A stretch of DNA of 64,000 nucleotides, from positions 1 to 64,000 of the IMG/VR virus record IMGVR_UViG_3300036768_000279. The stretch is one strand, 5' to 3'. A program made the translations under genes and the position numbers. This stretch comes from a virus. The stretch's first letter is position 1. Each line of letters starts with the position of its first letter. This document shows, in pieces, positions 16,010-25,105 of this stretch. The notes beneath the pieces are model-generated. The model searched no databases and was not told where the DNA came from. It saw only the letters and a list, made by a program, of their open reading frames with translations.

Positions 16010-16184
16010 CGTCTAGCTCCGCTCTGTCAACACAATATTTGTCGGATTGAATTACGTCCAAAATGGCCGCAACCTCTGCTGCTCGCGTATCGAAATGGAA
16101 GCGTTCATTGTCAGAACACAACGACTTGGCCCGATATTCTTCTAGGCGATTCTCAAGCCACTTGATGAATGCTCGATGATCCAC
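16002..16184 (-). CDS. hypothetical protein
   Basis: Overlap-coupled to both neighbours. Confidence 0.6.
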   Translation of the reverse strand: MDHRAFIKWLENRLEEYRAKSLCSDNERFHFDTRAAEVAAILDVIQSDKYCVDRAELDDA

Positions 16185-16432
16185 TACACCTTGAAGGTCA
16201 ATTCGAGTCCGTGAGCAGTTTCTATGTAGCCCACGCGGACATTGACCGTACAGTCCCGATGTTCGATGTTATCTGTCAAACGTGACCGCACGAATGCCGC
16301 GAGCAAAGGCTTAGTCGCCTTTATAGCGGCCTGTTGCTCTGTAGTAGCAACTTCTCCGTTGATTACACGACTACTGCGGACCTTGCCATTCTTGATCGTG
16401 AACTCGGTCACATACTTAGCTCTTACTCGCAT
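16184..16432 (-). CDS. hypothetical protein (leaderless start MRVRAK)
   Basis: ATG 6 nt after a consensus -10. Confidence 0.7.
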   Translation of the reverse strand: MRVRAKYVTEFTIKNGKVRSSRVINGEVATTEQQAAIKATKPLLAAFVRSRLTDNIEHRDCTVNVRVGYIETAHGLELTFKV

Positions 16433-16438
16433 ACTTGA

Positions 16439-16467
16439 ATTATAGCCCGTTCTCAATGACTTGTCAA
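16439..16467 (-). promoter_or_regulatory. perfect consensus sigma70 promoter
   Basis: TTGACA-17-TATAAT-6-ATG. Confidence 0.85.
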
Positions 16468-17169
16468 CTGAAAACATTCATTGCGGCCAACTTGTTGCAG
16501 GACCGGAAGATTTTTCCATGCCAGAGAGATCTCTAGTTTGGTTAGTTTTGAGCACTTGTTCAGGTCGCTTGAAATAGGATACATCACTAGCTTGCGTGCG
16601 TCGAACTTCTCAGGCACGACATAGCAGCCGGTTGCTGCTACTGCGGCTCCGACGTTCAAGAAGTGGGGCAATCCAAAGATGTGTCCAAGCTCGTGTAGAG
16701 CAACAACATACGCCTTGTCTGGATCCATTTCAAGTACATCTTTGTCTAAGACTAGCGTGTTGCCATCCCAATCCCAAAAGCCAAGCAAATCCTTGGGCAT
16801 GTTGTACGGTGCCACTTGTATGTCGGCGATATGAACTCGAACTACACCACGCTGATCAGTAATAGACTGCGGACCAAACGGCAAGAACGGAAAACTACCG
16901 GCCTTATCAATGAACACGGCACATTCGATCGGTAAATTGCGTGCCCACTCTGTGAGTGCATCATCGAATGCCTTGGCGGTCTTGGGGCTTTGAGCAATCT
17001 CTGGTTCGAACATCACAAAATTGATGCGTACGAGATATGCATCAGGCTCATTCTCAACTTCTACCTGTTTTTCAGCTTGCACTGTGGGTAGAATTTGGGG
17101 CTCGGTTTTGTAGGGTGTTGCACAGGCCATTACCAAAACGGCCAACATTCCAGCCATCAACTTTTCCAT
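16453..17169 (-). CDS. metzincin (matrixin-like) metalloprotease lipoprotein
   Basis: VMAC lipobox; HELGHIFGLPH zinc motif; Met-turn VMYP. Confidence 0.85.
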   Translation of the reverse strand: MEKLMAGMLAVLVMACATPYKTEPQILPTVQAEKQVEVENEPDAYLVRINFVMFEPEIAQSPKTAKAFDDALTEWARNLPIECAVFIDKAGSFPFLPFGPQSITDQRGVVRVHIADIQVAPYNMPKDLLGFWDWDGNTLVLDKDVLEMDPDKAYVVALHELGHIFGLPHFLNVGAAVAATGCYVVPEKFDARKLVMYPISSDLNKCSKLTKLEISLAWKNLPVLQQVGRNECFQLTSH

Positions 17170-17415
17170 ACACGCCTCCCGCGAAAGTGGTGCCTTGTAG
17201 TAACCACTGTTAGACTAAACTAACATAAATGCGGGAGGCGGCTTGAAAAAGGGAATATCAATAGGCTGTATGTATTAGACTACGTTAGAGCCTTGTCTAA
17301 TTCTCGTCTCTATGGCTGGATAGCTTGGCTCCGCCAGTAATCGTCTCAGCCTAGGCTGGACTATTATGACATCGGTTTTGTCGTTTGGTAAGTAAAATCA
17401 CGGATTTCCCAGAAA

Positions 17416-17673
17416 ATGGAAAAAAGATTAGTCACTAAGGCAGAGCTACAGTCTCTAACTGTCCCGTTACCGGATAACATCCATCTTCTTGGGTTTCGTA
17501 TCGTTTCAGTAGGGCCTAACACAATGGAACTGGCGAAACGCATGGGTGCGAAAATCTGCGAAATTGTAGATGAACAGCCCTCGTTTTTCATTATCAGTGA
17601 GTCACCGGAAGGGCTGAGGCAGACAATGCACGACCTCGTTGACCGAGTTTGTAATTCGATAGAGGGTAAGTGA
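17416..17673 (+). CDS. hypothetical protein
   Basis: First ORF of the + strand block. Confidence 0.7.
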   Translation: MEKRLVTKAELQSLTVPLPDNIHLLGFRIVSVGPNTMELAKRMGAKICEIVDEQPSFFIISESPEGLRQTMHDLVDRVCNSIEGK

Positions 17674-17674
17674 G

Positions 17675-17959
17675 ATGAATCAACGTCGTAGTCGCAACGC
17701 CAATAGTCAGAATAAGCTTGACTTTATGGCCTTCAATACCGGCGGGCACGCGGCCCGCCACGCTCCGAATGAGGATGCACAAGTGTTAACACCACAAAAA
17801 GTCACAGGCGAATCGAAGCCGGAAGTTCCTCAGGGGATTGCTAAGGCTTCGCCCAATTTCAAGCCAATCACTCCTCCTGCCAAAGCTATGGACAAGCAGG
17901 ATGAAGAGAAGGTGATTGCTGAAAATTCAACCAAGATCGAAGATAAGAAGAGTGAATGA
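17675..17959 (+). CDS. hypothetical disordered protein
   Basis: Tight operon packing, GAGG SD. Confidence 0.65.
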   Translation: MNQRRSRNANSQNKLDFMAFNTGGHAARHAPNEDAQVLTPQKVTGESKPEVPQGIAKASPNFKPITPPAKAMDKQDEEKVIAENSTKIEDKKSE

Positions 17960-18273
17960 AACTTTGTCTCAAGTGTCGGCTTTACAAGCAAGCTACAGAC
18001 TTTCACGATCATCAGGGCGGTAAACATCCATACTGTAAATCGTGTCGGTGTGTAATAGCTAAGAAATATGCTGATGCTCTTCGAGACAATGTGTTTGAGC
18101 GATATGGTGGATCTCATCGTAAAACAGACGCTTCTGTTGGCAAGAATTTATATCGTTGGCTCAAAAGAAATAAGTATCCTGATGGCTTTCAAGTGCTACG
18201 CATGAATTGCAATCTAGGGAAGTCGCGTAACAATGGCATATGTCCACATCGTTCGCATATCCAGGTCACATGA
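17956..18273 (+). pseudogene. HNH homing endonuclease with catalytic core deleted
   Basis: Homologous to 37334-37774 but lacks the segment between YGG and HRK; also LRMNCN instead of LCxNCN. Confidence 0.6.
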
Positions 18274-18860
18274 CATTTGTAATTGCTACGAGCGGATTGC
18301 CTACGTATGCCGACATCAGCGATATCGTTGAGGCGTTGGTAAACACTGAGGGCAGACGATACCCGATTCCGGGCTATGATCACGATGACATAGCTCAAGA
18401 GATTCGGGTTGAGTGTCTTCGTGTTCTACCATTTTTTGATGCTGGTAGAATTGGTCCTTCGCCGTACAAGTATTTGCAAACCTGTGTTCGCAACTTCTTG
18501 TATAACATGCGTAGAGGAATTTGGGTTCCGAATAACCCACCATGCGTTCGTTGCCCGCTATGGGATCGTGTGAGACGCACCTGTGCCATTGAAGAAATAG
18601 GATGTGACAAGATCGTGCAGTACCGAGAGAACATGGCAGCGAAGGCCGATCTTCGTAAGCCCACATCGCTTGAAGATGACGTTTTGGATAATTATCAGGA
18701 CGAGCAAATTGAGGCTATGCTGCTCGACCAAAGCATTCGAGGCTCTCTTCCACCTCGTCTTCTTCCTTTTTATGATAAGATGCTGGTAGGAGATAAGATA
18801 CCCGCCAGGATCAAACGCGAAATTCGCGTGATTGTCACGGAGATCATCAACAATGCCTAA
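18270..18860 (+). CDS. phage sigma-factor-like protein with Cys-rich insert
   Basis: Region-2 pattern DHDDIAQEIRVECL...FD...YKYLQTCVRNFLYNMRR; CVRC...C...C insert. Confidence 0.7.
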   Translation: MTFVIATSGLPTYADISDIVEALVNTEGRRYPIPGYDHDDIAQEIRVECLRVLPFFDAGRIGPSPYKYLQTCVRNFLYNMRRGIWVPNNPPCVRCPLWDRVRRTCAIEEIGCDKIVQYRENMAAKADLRKPTSLEDDVLDNYQDEQIEAMLLDQSIRGSLPPRLLPFYDKMLVGDKIPARIKREIRVIVTEIINNA

Positions 18861-19617
18861 GGTTTTTTCGCAAGCAGAGAAAGAGGCTGTGAAGCTGCTA
18901 TCTAAGCAGGGTTATACCTATGTTGAGATTGCTAAGCAGATGTCGGAACGATATCCTGCTACTTGGAACGCTAAGAATGCCGCACGTTCTGTTGCCCGTA
19001 TCCTCAAGGGCAAAAATGATGACGGTGATGACGAGAAGACGTTAGATGAAATGACACGCGACGAGCGTGCCAATTTTATTGAAGCAAAGCTTCAGGGGAC
19101 GCCACGTTTCAAATTGGCGTTTCGCAACTTCAACGACGAAGAGAAGCAAGTTTTCGTTGACGAATACATTAGCGTCATCAAGTCCACAGAGAGCTTGACA
19201 GAAGTAGAAGAGCAAGCCTTGTTTGCTTCGGTTCTTGAACTTGTACTTGCATTTCAAGCACTTGCTCGGAAGGAACGCGAGGAAAGACTATTTGAACGTT
19301 CACAGAATGGAGAACTTTCTCAGGACGACCCTCAGTATCGTCGTTTCGTGGACGATCGTTATCACAAAGAGTACGACGCACACATGAAGCTCTACCAAAA
19401 GGGTATGGAACAACTCAAAATGAGTCGTTCTCAACGCCTGCAACAGGTACGCTCTCAAAAGCAAACGCTTGTTGATTTGGCACAAGAACTCTCGTCACGT
19501 AATGCACAAGCAGAAGTGGCAGAAGAGATTGAGCGTTTGTCTAAGATGAAGGACGATGAATTGAAACGTTTGATAGACGAAGGACATTTGTTTGGGGTAT
19601 TTGAGGACTATCAATGA
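18853..19617 (+). CDS. HTH + coiled-coil protein, possible terminase small subunit
   Basis: N-terminal HTH (KQGYTYVEIAKQM), long helical body, upstream of TerL. Confidence 0.55.
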   Translation: MPKVFSQAEKEAVKLLSKQGYTYVEIAKQMSERYPATWNAKNAARSVARILKGKNDDGDDEKTLDEMTRDERANFIEAKLQGTPRFKLAFRNFNDEEKQVFVDEYISVIKSTESLTEVEEQALFASVLELVLAFQALARKEREERLFERSQNGELSQDDPQYRRFVDDRYHKEYDAHMKLYQKGMEQLKMSRSQRLQQVRSQKQTLVDLAQELSSRNAQAEVAEEIERLSKMKDDELKRLIDEGHLFGVFEDYQ

Positions 19618-20558
19618 AAATTGCGATGCTTTATGCTTCATGGGAAAACTTCGGAGAGAAGTGGTCTACGCCCATGGGCGTCAAAAACGAACTTGTGGCT
19701 CGCGGACATGAAGTTAAGATCTACAACCTATATCACGCCGATGGAGACTTCTTGCCGAAACGTAAGGAGCGTTCATATTCAAATGATTCTATTAATCGTT
19801 TGATGATGGAAGTGCGTGAGGGCAAGTACAAACCAGACGTTATTTTTCTCATGGACTATGGTCCATGGGATGCAATGCAGTTTGACAAGAAGTATTTTCC
19901 AGGCATTGTGCTTGTTAACGAAGCTGGTGATGAACCACAATCACACAGAATGATGTGGCTCAAGGCTCCAAGGGTCCACGCAATTCTCTCACCAGACTGG
20001 CCTTGTGTTGAACATTATCGTCAGTTTGGTTTCAATGCAGAGTTTTGGACGCATCATGCAGACCATCGTATTTTCTATCCTCGTCCTGAAATCAAAGAAC
20101 AGTTTGATTGCGTGACTACATGTGGTCCTCGCGGTGGCGGTCTCACAGAGAAGATCAAGGACGCACTTGGTGATGCGTTCAATAACGAACGCTACTTCTA
20201 CGACGAAGAACACGCTAAACGTCTCTGTATGGGCAAAATGGTTTTCCAGTGCTCACAGTATAAGGAAATCACACGTCGTATCTTTGAGGGTATGGCTTGT
20301 GGCAAAATGGTAATCACAGATCGTCTTCCGTTAGAGACTAAACTGCATGAGCTTTTTGTCGAAGGCGAAGACATTGTGTATTACGATTCAGCAGAGGATG
20401 CGATCGACAAGATTCGTCGTTATGCATCCGATGACAACGAACGAACAAGAATAGCTCTCAACGGCTATAACAAGGTAATGGCATATCATACCGTTGCAAA
20501 TCGTGTAGATGCCTTTGAAGCAGTGGTGGCGAAAGCCCAAAAGGAAATCCTAGTATGA
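19614..20558 (+). CDS. GT-B glycosyltransferase (CgeB / Glyco_trans_1_2-like)
   Basis: RRIFEGMACGKMVITD, LFVEGEDIVYYDS, RIALNGYNKVMAYHT. Confidence 0.9.
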   Translation: MKIAMLYASWENFGEKWSTPMGVKNELVARGHEVKIYNLYHADGDFLPKRKERSYSNDSINRLMMEVREGKYKPDVIFLMDYGPWDAMQFDKKYFPGIVLVNEAGDEPQSHRMMWLKAPRVHAILSPDWPCVEHYRQFGFNAEFWTHHADHRIFYPRPEIKEQFDCVTTCGPRGGGLTEKIKDALGDAFNNERYFYDEEHAKRLCMGKMVFQCSQYKEITRRIFEGMACGKMVITDRLPLETKLHELFVEGEDIVYYDSAEDAIDKIRRYASDDNERTRIALNGYNKVMAYHTVANRVDAFEAVVAKAQKEILV

Positions 20559-21124
20559 AGAGTTTGATTTTGGTTGCTGGTCTTCTGTTTGGCTCATTCA
20601 ATTTCATTGGCTCTGCCGCACCAGTTGCACAGGCTGTGCCTTCTAGTGCCACAAATCCATATTGTGGCAAGCAGCCTTCCGATTTTTCTGTTCCAGAGGT
20701 CGTATGTCCGTCTGATGGTTATTACATTGTAGATGTCGATTGTGTTGCGGCATGTGACGACGCCTATCGTTCGAAGATGGTCGAGATTTACAATGCGGCA
20801 TGTGTTTCGTATGACAATGCGGACGCGAATTACAAGCTGTGTACACGACTCGCAATTCATGCTTATGACGCATGTTTTGCTGCCGCAACTACATTGCCTG
20901 AGCGTGAAGCTTGTAGAGATACGCTGACGACGGCTATGGAGGATTGTGCTGCTACTCGTGCTGCTACTCGTGCTGCAATTGCGGCAAATGTAGCAAGTCA
21001 ATCTGCCGCTGCTGCGGCAACCTTCCAAGAATGTGCCGCTAAGTGCTGCAAGAAGGTTGGGGAACTGGGCGGCAAGAGCAATGGCGGCAAGATTGGTGCT
21101 CAGGGGTCTCGCAGTGGCAATTGA
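20555..21124 (+). CDS. secreted Cys-rich helical protein
   Basis: Signal peptide; 12 Cys. Confidence 0.7.
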   Translation: MKSLILVAGLLFGSFNFIGSAAPVAQAVPSSATNPYCGKQPSDFSVPEVVCPSDGYYIVDVDCVAACDDAYRSKMVEIYNAACVSYDNADANYKLCTRLAIHAYDACFAAATTLPEREACRDTLTTAMEDCAATRAATRAAIAANVASQSAAAAATFQECAAKCCKKVGELGGKSNGGKIGAQGSRSGN

Positions 21125-21398
21125 ACCGAGAAACGATTATGTGCTCGTGCAGACCGAACCAAAGCAAGAGCGAACTCGCGGAGGCATCCTGCTTCCTGAA
21201 CGTGTTCAGGAAGATCGTATGGAAGCCGTTGTGTTGGCTGTTGGTCCGGGTGGTGTCACTGCCAACGGTATACGAGTACCAATTGATCTTAAGGTCCAAG
21301 ACCGCGTTCTGATTCATCCATTTGCTGGTCAGCAGATTGGTAAAGAAGAAGATCGCATGTATTTGGTGCGACAAGATAGTATTCTTTGCAAGCTATGA
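21114..21398 (+). CDS. groES: co-chaperonin GroES/Cpn10
   Basis: IEPRNDYVLV, TRGGILLPE mobile loop, VLAVGPG, LKVQDRVL; probable GTG start. Confidence 0.92.
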   Translation: MAIEPRNDYVLVQTEPKQERTRGGILLPERVQEDRMEAVVLAVGPGGVTANGIRVPIDLKVQDRVLIHPFAGQQIGKEEDRMYLVRQDSILCKL

Positions 21399-22204
21399 CA
21401 TCGAGTGATCGACATCTGATACCGGGACAACCCAAGTGGGACTATAGTGTGCAACGCTATAAGTCCCACCGGGACGTTTTCCATGAACATGGACTATTCT
21501 CAATCCTGTTCTTGGCATGTGGTCGTCATGATGTTACACGTAGATGCCTACTCGCGACCGTAGATGCTGTCGCTCGCAGTCCTCTTGAAGTAGAGTGGAT
21601 TTTTATTGAAAACGGTCAATGCGAAGAGAACTATCGTTTGTTCTCAGAGATTCCTCTCCAACGCAAGGTCATTGTACGTCAATCAAACTACGGCATCAAT
21701 CAAGGTTTGAATCAGGCGTGGGGCTTATCGCGTGGAGAATACTGCTTGATTCACGAGAACGACTGGGAATGTCGCAAGAATATTGACTTCCTGTCTATCA
21801 CTCGTGATATCATGCAGGAAAAGCCAGAGGTTGGAATCGTACAACTGAGAGCGGTTTACGATCCATGTGAAAATTGGGGTATTGGAAAGCCAGACTACTC
21901 GCCGTGGTCTTGTAGTCAAGAAATGCTTGATCGTGCGAACGTTCGTCTGTGGAATGAACGTACAGCAGCGGGCCATCCATATCAGATTGCCAAATTTCAC
22001 AATGGCTTCAACAACAATCCTGTTGTGATACGTAAAAGTCTGTATTGGGAATGCGGACCATATCCAGAAGCAGAATTAGGCACAGATCCGCGACACGGCG
22101 AGACTGAATATCAGGAACGTGTGGCGAGAACTGGGTGTGCAATTGCACACATTGGTATTGAACTCTTCTATCACTGTGGTCAAACGACCACGAAAGCGAA
22201 CTGA
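21395..22204 (+). CDS. GT-A (family 2-like) glycosyltransferase
   Basis: WIFIENG, NYGINQGLNQAWGLSRGEYCLIHENDW (DxD-like END). Confidence 0.85.
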   Translation: MTSSDRHLIPGQPKWDYSVQRYKSHRDVFHEHGLFSILFLACGRHDVTRRCLLATVDAVARSPLEVEWIFIENGQCEENYRLFSEIPLQRKVIVRQSNYGINQGLNQAWGLSRGEYCLIHENDWECRKNIDFLSITRDIMQEKPEVGIVQLRAVYDPCENWGIGKPDYSPWSCSQEMLDRANVRLWNERTAAGHPYQIAKFHNGFNNNPVVIRKSLYWECGPYPEAELGTDPRHGETEYQERVARTGCAIAHIGIELFYHCGQTTTKAN

Positions 22205-22205
22205 C

Positions 22206-22430
22206 ATGAATCTACAAGGATTATTGGTACGTGTTGATGGTGTGCAGGCTACTGTTGAAACGTCCTGGGGGCAGGGCAAGCATCGTGTATTCAAGCTTGA
22301 TGATGGGCGTCAGGTCTTTGACCTTGACAAGCTTATTGAATCTGGCAAGGCAACCGTGGAGTCGATTCCAGAATCAAAACTGGATATCCCTATGCCTCCT
22401 GTAAAAGAACCGAAGAAGTGGTCGCTGTGA
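22206..22430 (+). CDS. hypothetical protein
   Basis: Operon-packed ORF MNLQGLLVRVDG... Confidence 0.65.
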   Translation: MNLQGLLVRVDGVQATVETSWGQGKHRVFKLDDGRQVFDLDKLIESGKATVESIPESKLDIPMPPVKEPKKWSL

Positions 22431-22921
22431 AATCTGAGCTTCCCAAGAAGCCCACACTGATCATTGATACCAGAGAGAAGACTCCCTGGGACTTTGAAGG
22501 TGATGACGAGTTCGAAGCCATTGAGCATACGAAGCTTGATGGCGGCGACTATTCTATTAAGGGTATGGAACATCTCATTGTCATTGAGCGAAAAGCTAAT
22601 GCCGATGAGCTATTCAATAACTTCACACAGAACAAGGATCGCATCTACGCTGAGTTTGAGAGATTGAAAGATCATAGAATGTGTGTCATTGTGATCGAAC
22701 AATCTTGCGAAGACGTATTCAATCCTAACTGCTACTATGTCAACAAGAGGGGCTTGAATAAGCGAGACTTCAAAATGCCTGTTGCTGTTGTAGCTTCTAA
22801 TCTAACAGAGTTGATGGTTAAGCACAACACTCATGTGATTTTTGGTGGCAACAAGGCCAAGGCTATGGCTCGCGGTATTTTGCTTCTGGCTTACAAGCTG
22901 CACAGACAGGGCAAACTGTAA
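22418..22921 (+). CDS. ERCC4/XPF-domain nuclease
   Basis: IIDTREKTPWDF, LDGGDYS, VIERK. Confidence 0.9.
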   Translation: MVAVKSELPKKPTLIIDTREKTPWDFEGDDEFEAIEHTKLDGGDYSIKGMEHLIVIERKANADELFNNFTQNKDRIYAEFERLKDHRMCVIVIEQSCEDVFNPNCYYVNKRGLNKRDFKMPVAVVASNLTELMVKHNTHVIFGGNKAKAMARGILLLAYKLHRQGKL

Positions 22922-24960
22922 TGAGTCTTTCTGCTGGACAAATCAGACGCATGAATAGCTCTGCTTGGAGGACGACCTTCAAGCGAGAGGACATCATGCG
23001 TGTGTTTGATGAATGTGGACCCGTACAATCCATTTATCATATGGCCAATTTCAACTTGGCGTGGTTTGTGCAAAAGGTATTTTGCAATCAGCAAGGCAAG
23101 CCACTCAAGCTTTTGCCATTTCAGCAAGTTATGTTGCAGATGTTGTGGTCCAAGAAGTTCCCAATGATTCTTGCCACTCGTGGTGCTGGCAAGTCATTCA
23201 TTCTAGCCTTGTACGCCTTGTTGAGAGCCATCCTCATTCCTGGCTCAAAAATCGTTATTTGTGGTGCTGGCTTCCGTCAGGCCAAGCTGGTATTCAAGTA
23301 TATCGAACAACTCTATGAAGCTTCGCCGCTTGTTAAGGAAGCTCTAGAGCAATGGGGTGGTCCAAAATATGGTTCTGACATGGCGACGCTTCGCGTTGGT
23401 TTGTCTGTCATTCAGGCTATTCCTATCGGGGACGGTGAAAAGATACGAGGTATTCGTGCGACCTGTCTGATCGCTGACGAGTTCGCTTCTATCCCCGAAG
23501 AGATTTTTGACATCGTTATCGCTCCGTTCACAGCCGTACACGCAAACCCAGAAGAGCGTGCCGCGAACGCCGCCTTCGTTAATCGTTTAATCGGACTTGG
23601 AGCACCACAAAACCTTGTAGAAGCTATTCGCAGCACACAAGGTTTTGGTAACCAGATCGTCATTTCGGGTACACCATCTTACAAGCACAACCATTTCTAT
23701 AAGCGTTATAGTGTGTACAAGATGTTCATTCAGTCGCGTGGTGACGCGAAAAACCTCAAGCGTGCCTTAGAAGAAAAGCATCTTGCGTCTACTGGTCGAA
23801 CTCAAGACGTTACAGAAGACGATTTGAAGAATGCTGAAAAGACGTGGCGTCACTATGCCATCTATCAGCTTCCGTACACAGCACTGCCAGAAAACTTCTT
23901 GGACGAAGACAATATTCGTTCTGACCGTGCCGCGTTCCCAAGACATCGTTTCGCGATGGAATACTTGGCTCAATTCCCTGACGATACGGACGGTTTCATC
24001 AAGAGATCGTGGGTTGAGCGTGCAACGCCGCGTGCCCCTGAAGAGCCGGTGTATGCAGAATTGTATGGCGATCCGCGTGCCATCTATGTCATGGGAATTG
24101 ACCCTGCTCGTTTTAACGACAATCTTGGTGTCGTTGTTCTCAAGCTTACGTCGCGTGGCAAAGAATTGGTATATTGCAACGCATGGGACAAGACAGAGTT
24201 CGGCGTGTCGGCTCAAAAGATTCGCGAGATTGTTAAGCGTTTCAATATTGCATACATCGCTATGGATACAGGCGGTGGTGGCGAGCCAATCCGTGAATGG
24301 CTTTGCAAGAAGGCCGATGGTGTAGCTCCTGAGGAATTCATTTGGGTTGTGCCCGACCAAATGGAGAAGTTTACTGGTGACATGACCGGAATGGGAGCAC
24401 CCGGCAAAAAGATCCTTGAAATGGTTGATTTTACGACCACATGGATTTCTCAAGCGGCCCACGGCGTTGCGTCTGACGTTGAACAATGCAACATTCTCTT
24501 CCCACATCGTGCTGACGAAACACGAGTTTTTGAACAATACGCACGTCACTTTGGTTTGTCTGATCTTTCAGATCGAGAAAAAGAAAAGCTACAACAAGAC
24601 ATTTGGGGTGTAGACGACTGGGACGCCGAACGTGCTTCGAAGACGTATGGCGAGAAATTCATGCCACGCATGGGAGTAATGCAACATATCAATGAGTGTA
24701 TCAATGAGATGTGTGCGATTATGCGTATGGTTAGCCCCAAGGGTACAGAAAGTTTTGAACTACCTAAGCTTTCAGAGCAACCAGAGGGACTTGACATGAG
24801 ACGCCGTGACCGTTGGTCCGCACTCATGCTAGCGAACTATGCAGCCAAGGTTTTCATGGGCACAGGTCACAAACCTAAGGCTGGCGTACCAAGATCCCGT
24901 ACCAGTAGTCGTGGATACACTAGCAGAAGTCGTCGCAGAGGAAGTGTTGGATATTTATGA
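22921..24960 (+). CDS. terL: terminase large subunit
   Basis: LLPFQQ, Walker A TRGAGKS, RGIRA, Walker B LIADEF, SGT coupling motif, nuclease MGIDPA, RRDRWSA. Confidence 0.93.
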   Translation: MSLSAGQIRRMNSSAWRTTFKREDIMRVFDECGPVQSIYHMANFNLAWFVQKVFCNQQGKPLKLLPFQQVMLQMLWSKKFPMILATRGAGKSFILALYALLRAILIPGSKIVICGAGFRQAKLVFKYIEQLYEASPLVKEALEQWGGPKYGSDMATLRVGLSVIQAIPIGDGEKIRGIRATCLIADEFASIPEEIFDIVIAPFTAVHANPEERAANAAFVNRLIGLGAPQNLVEAIRSTQGFGNQIVISGTPSYKHNHFYKRYSVYKMFIQSRGDAKNLKRALEEKHLASTGRTQDVTEDDLKNAEKTWRHYAIYQLPYTALPENFLDEDNIRSDRAAFPRHRFAMEYLAQFPDDTDGFIKRSWVERATPRAPEEPVYAELYGDPRAIYVMGIDPARFNDNLGVVVLKLTSRGKELVYCNAWDKTEFGVSAQKIREIVKRFNIAYIAMDTGGGGEPIREWLCKKADGVAPEEFIWVVPDQMEKFTGDMTGMGAPGKKILEMVDFTTTWISQAAHGVASDVEQCNILFPHRADETRVFEQYARHFGLSDLSDREKEKLQQDIWGVDDWDAERASKTYGEKFMPRMGVMQHINECINEMCAIMRMVSPKGTESFELPKLSEQPEGLDMRRRDRWSALMLANYAAKVFMGTGHKPKAGVPRSRTSSRGYTSRSRRRGSVGYL

Positions 24961-25027
24961 AGACTTGCATTGTAAATGCGATAAAGATAGTCTTCCTTTT
25001 ATAGGAATAGGGCTCAAAAAGTATAAA
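24957..25027 (+). pseudogene. possible relic of a homing-endonuclease zinc-finger N-terminus
   Basis: ATGA-coupled MKTCI / KCDKD / FYRNRAQK spread over several frames; AT-rich. Confidence 0.35.
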
Positions 25028-25046
25028 GCGTCTCAACTCAAGCAGC

Positions 25047-25056
25047 TTAGTGTAAT
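25047..25056 (+). promoter_or_regulatory. putative late promoter
   Basis: TTAGTGTA-AT upstream of portal. Confidence 0.7.
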
Positions 25057-25105
25057 CCTCACTGGACCAATCTGATCGCGATATAATCGCTTCTAGGCAT
25101 CCCAA

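Noticed and set aside
15272-16165. Long + strand ORF (297 aa) and similar antisense ORFs (e.g. 9047-9670, 23767-24549, 52648-53328)
   Set aside because: They shadow well-supported genes on the opposite strand and have no recognisable motifs
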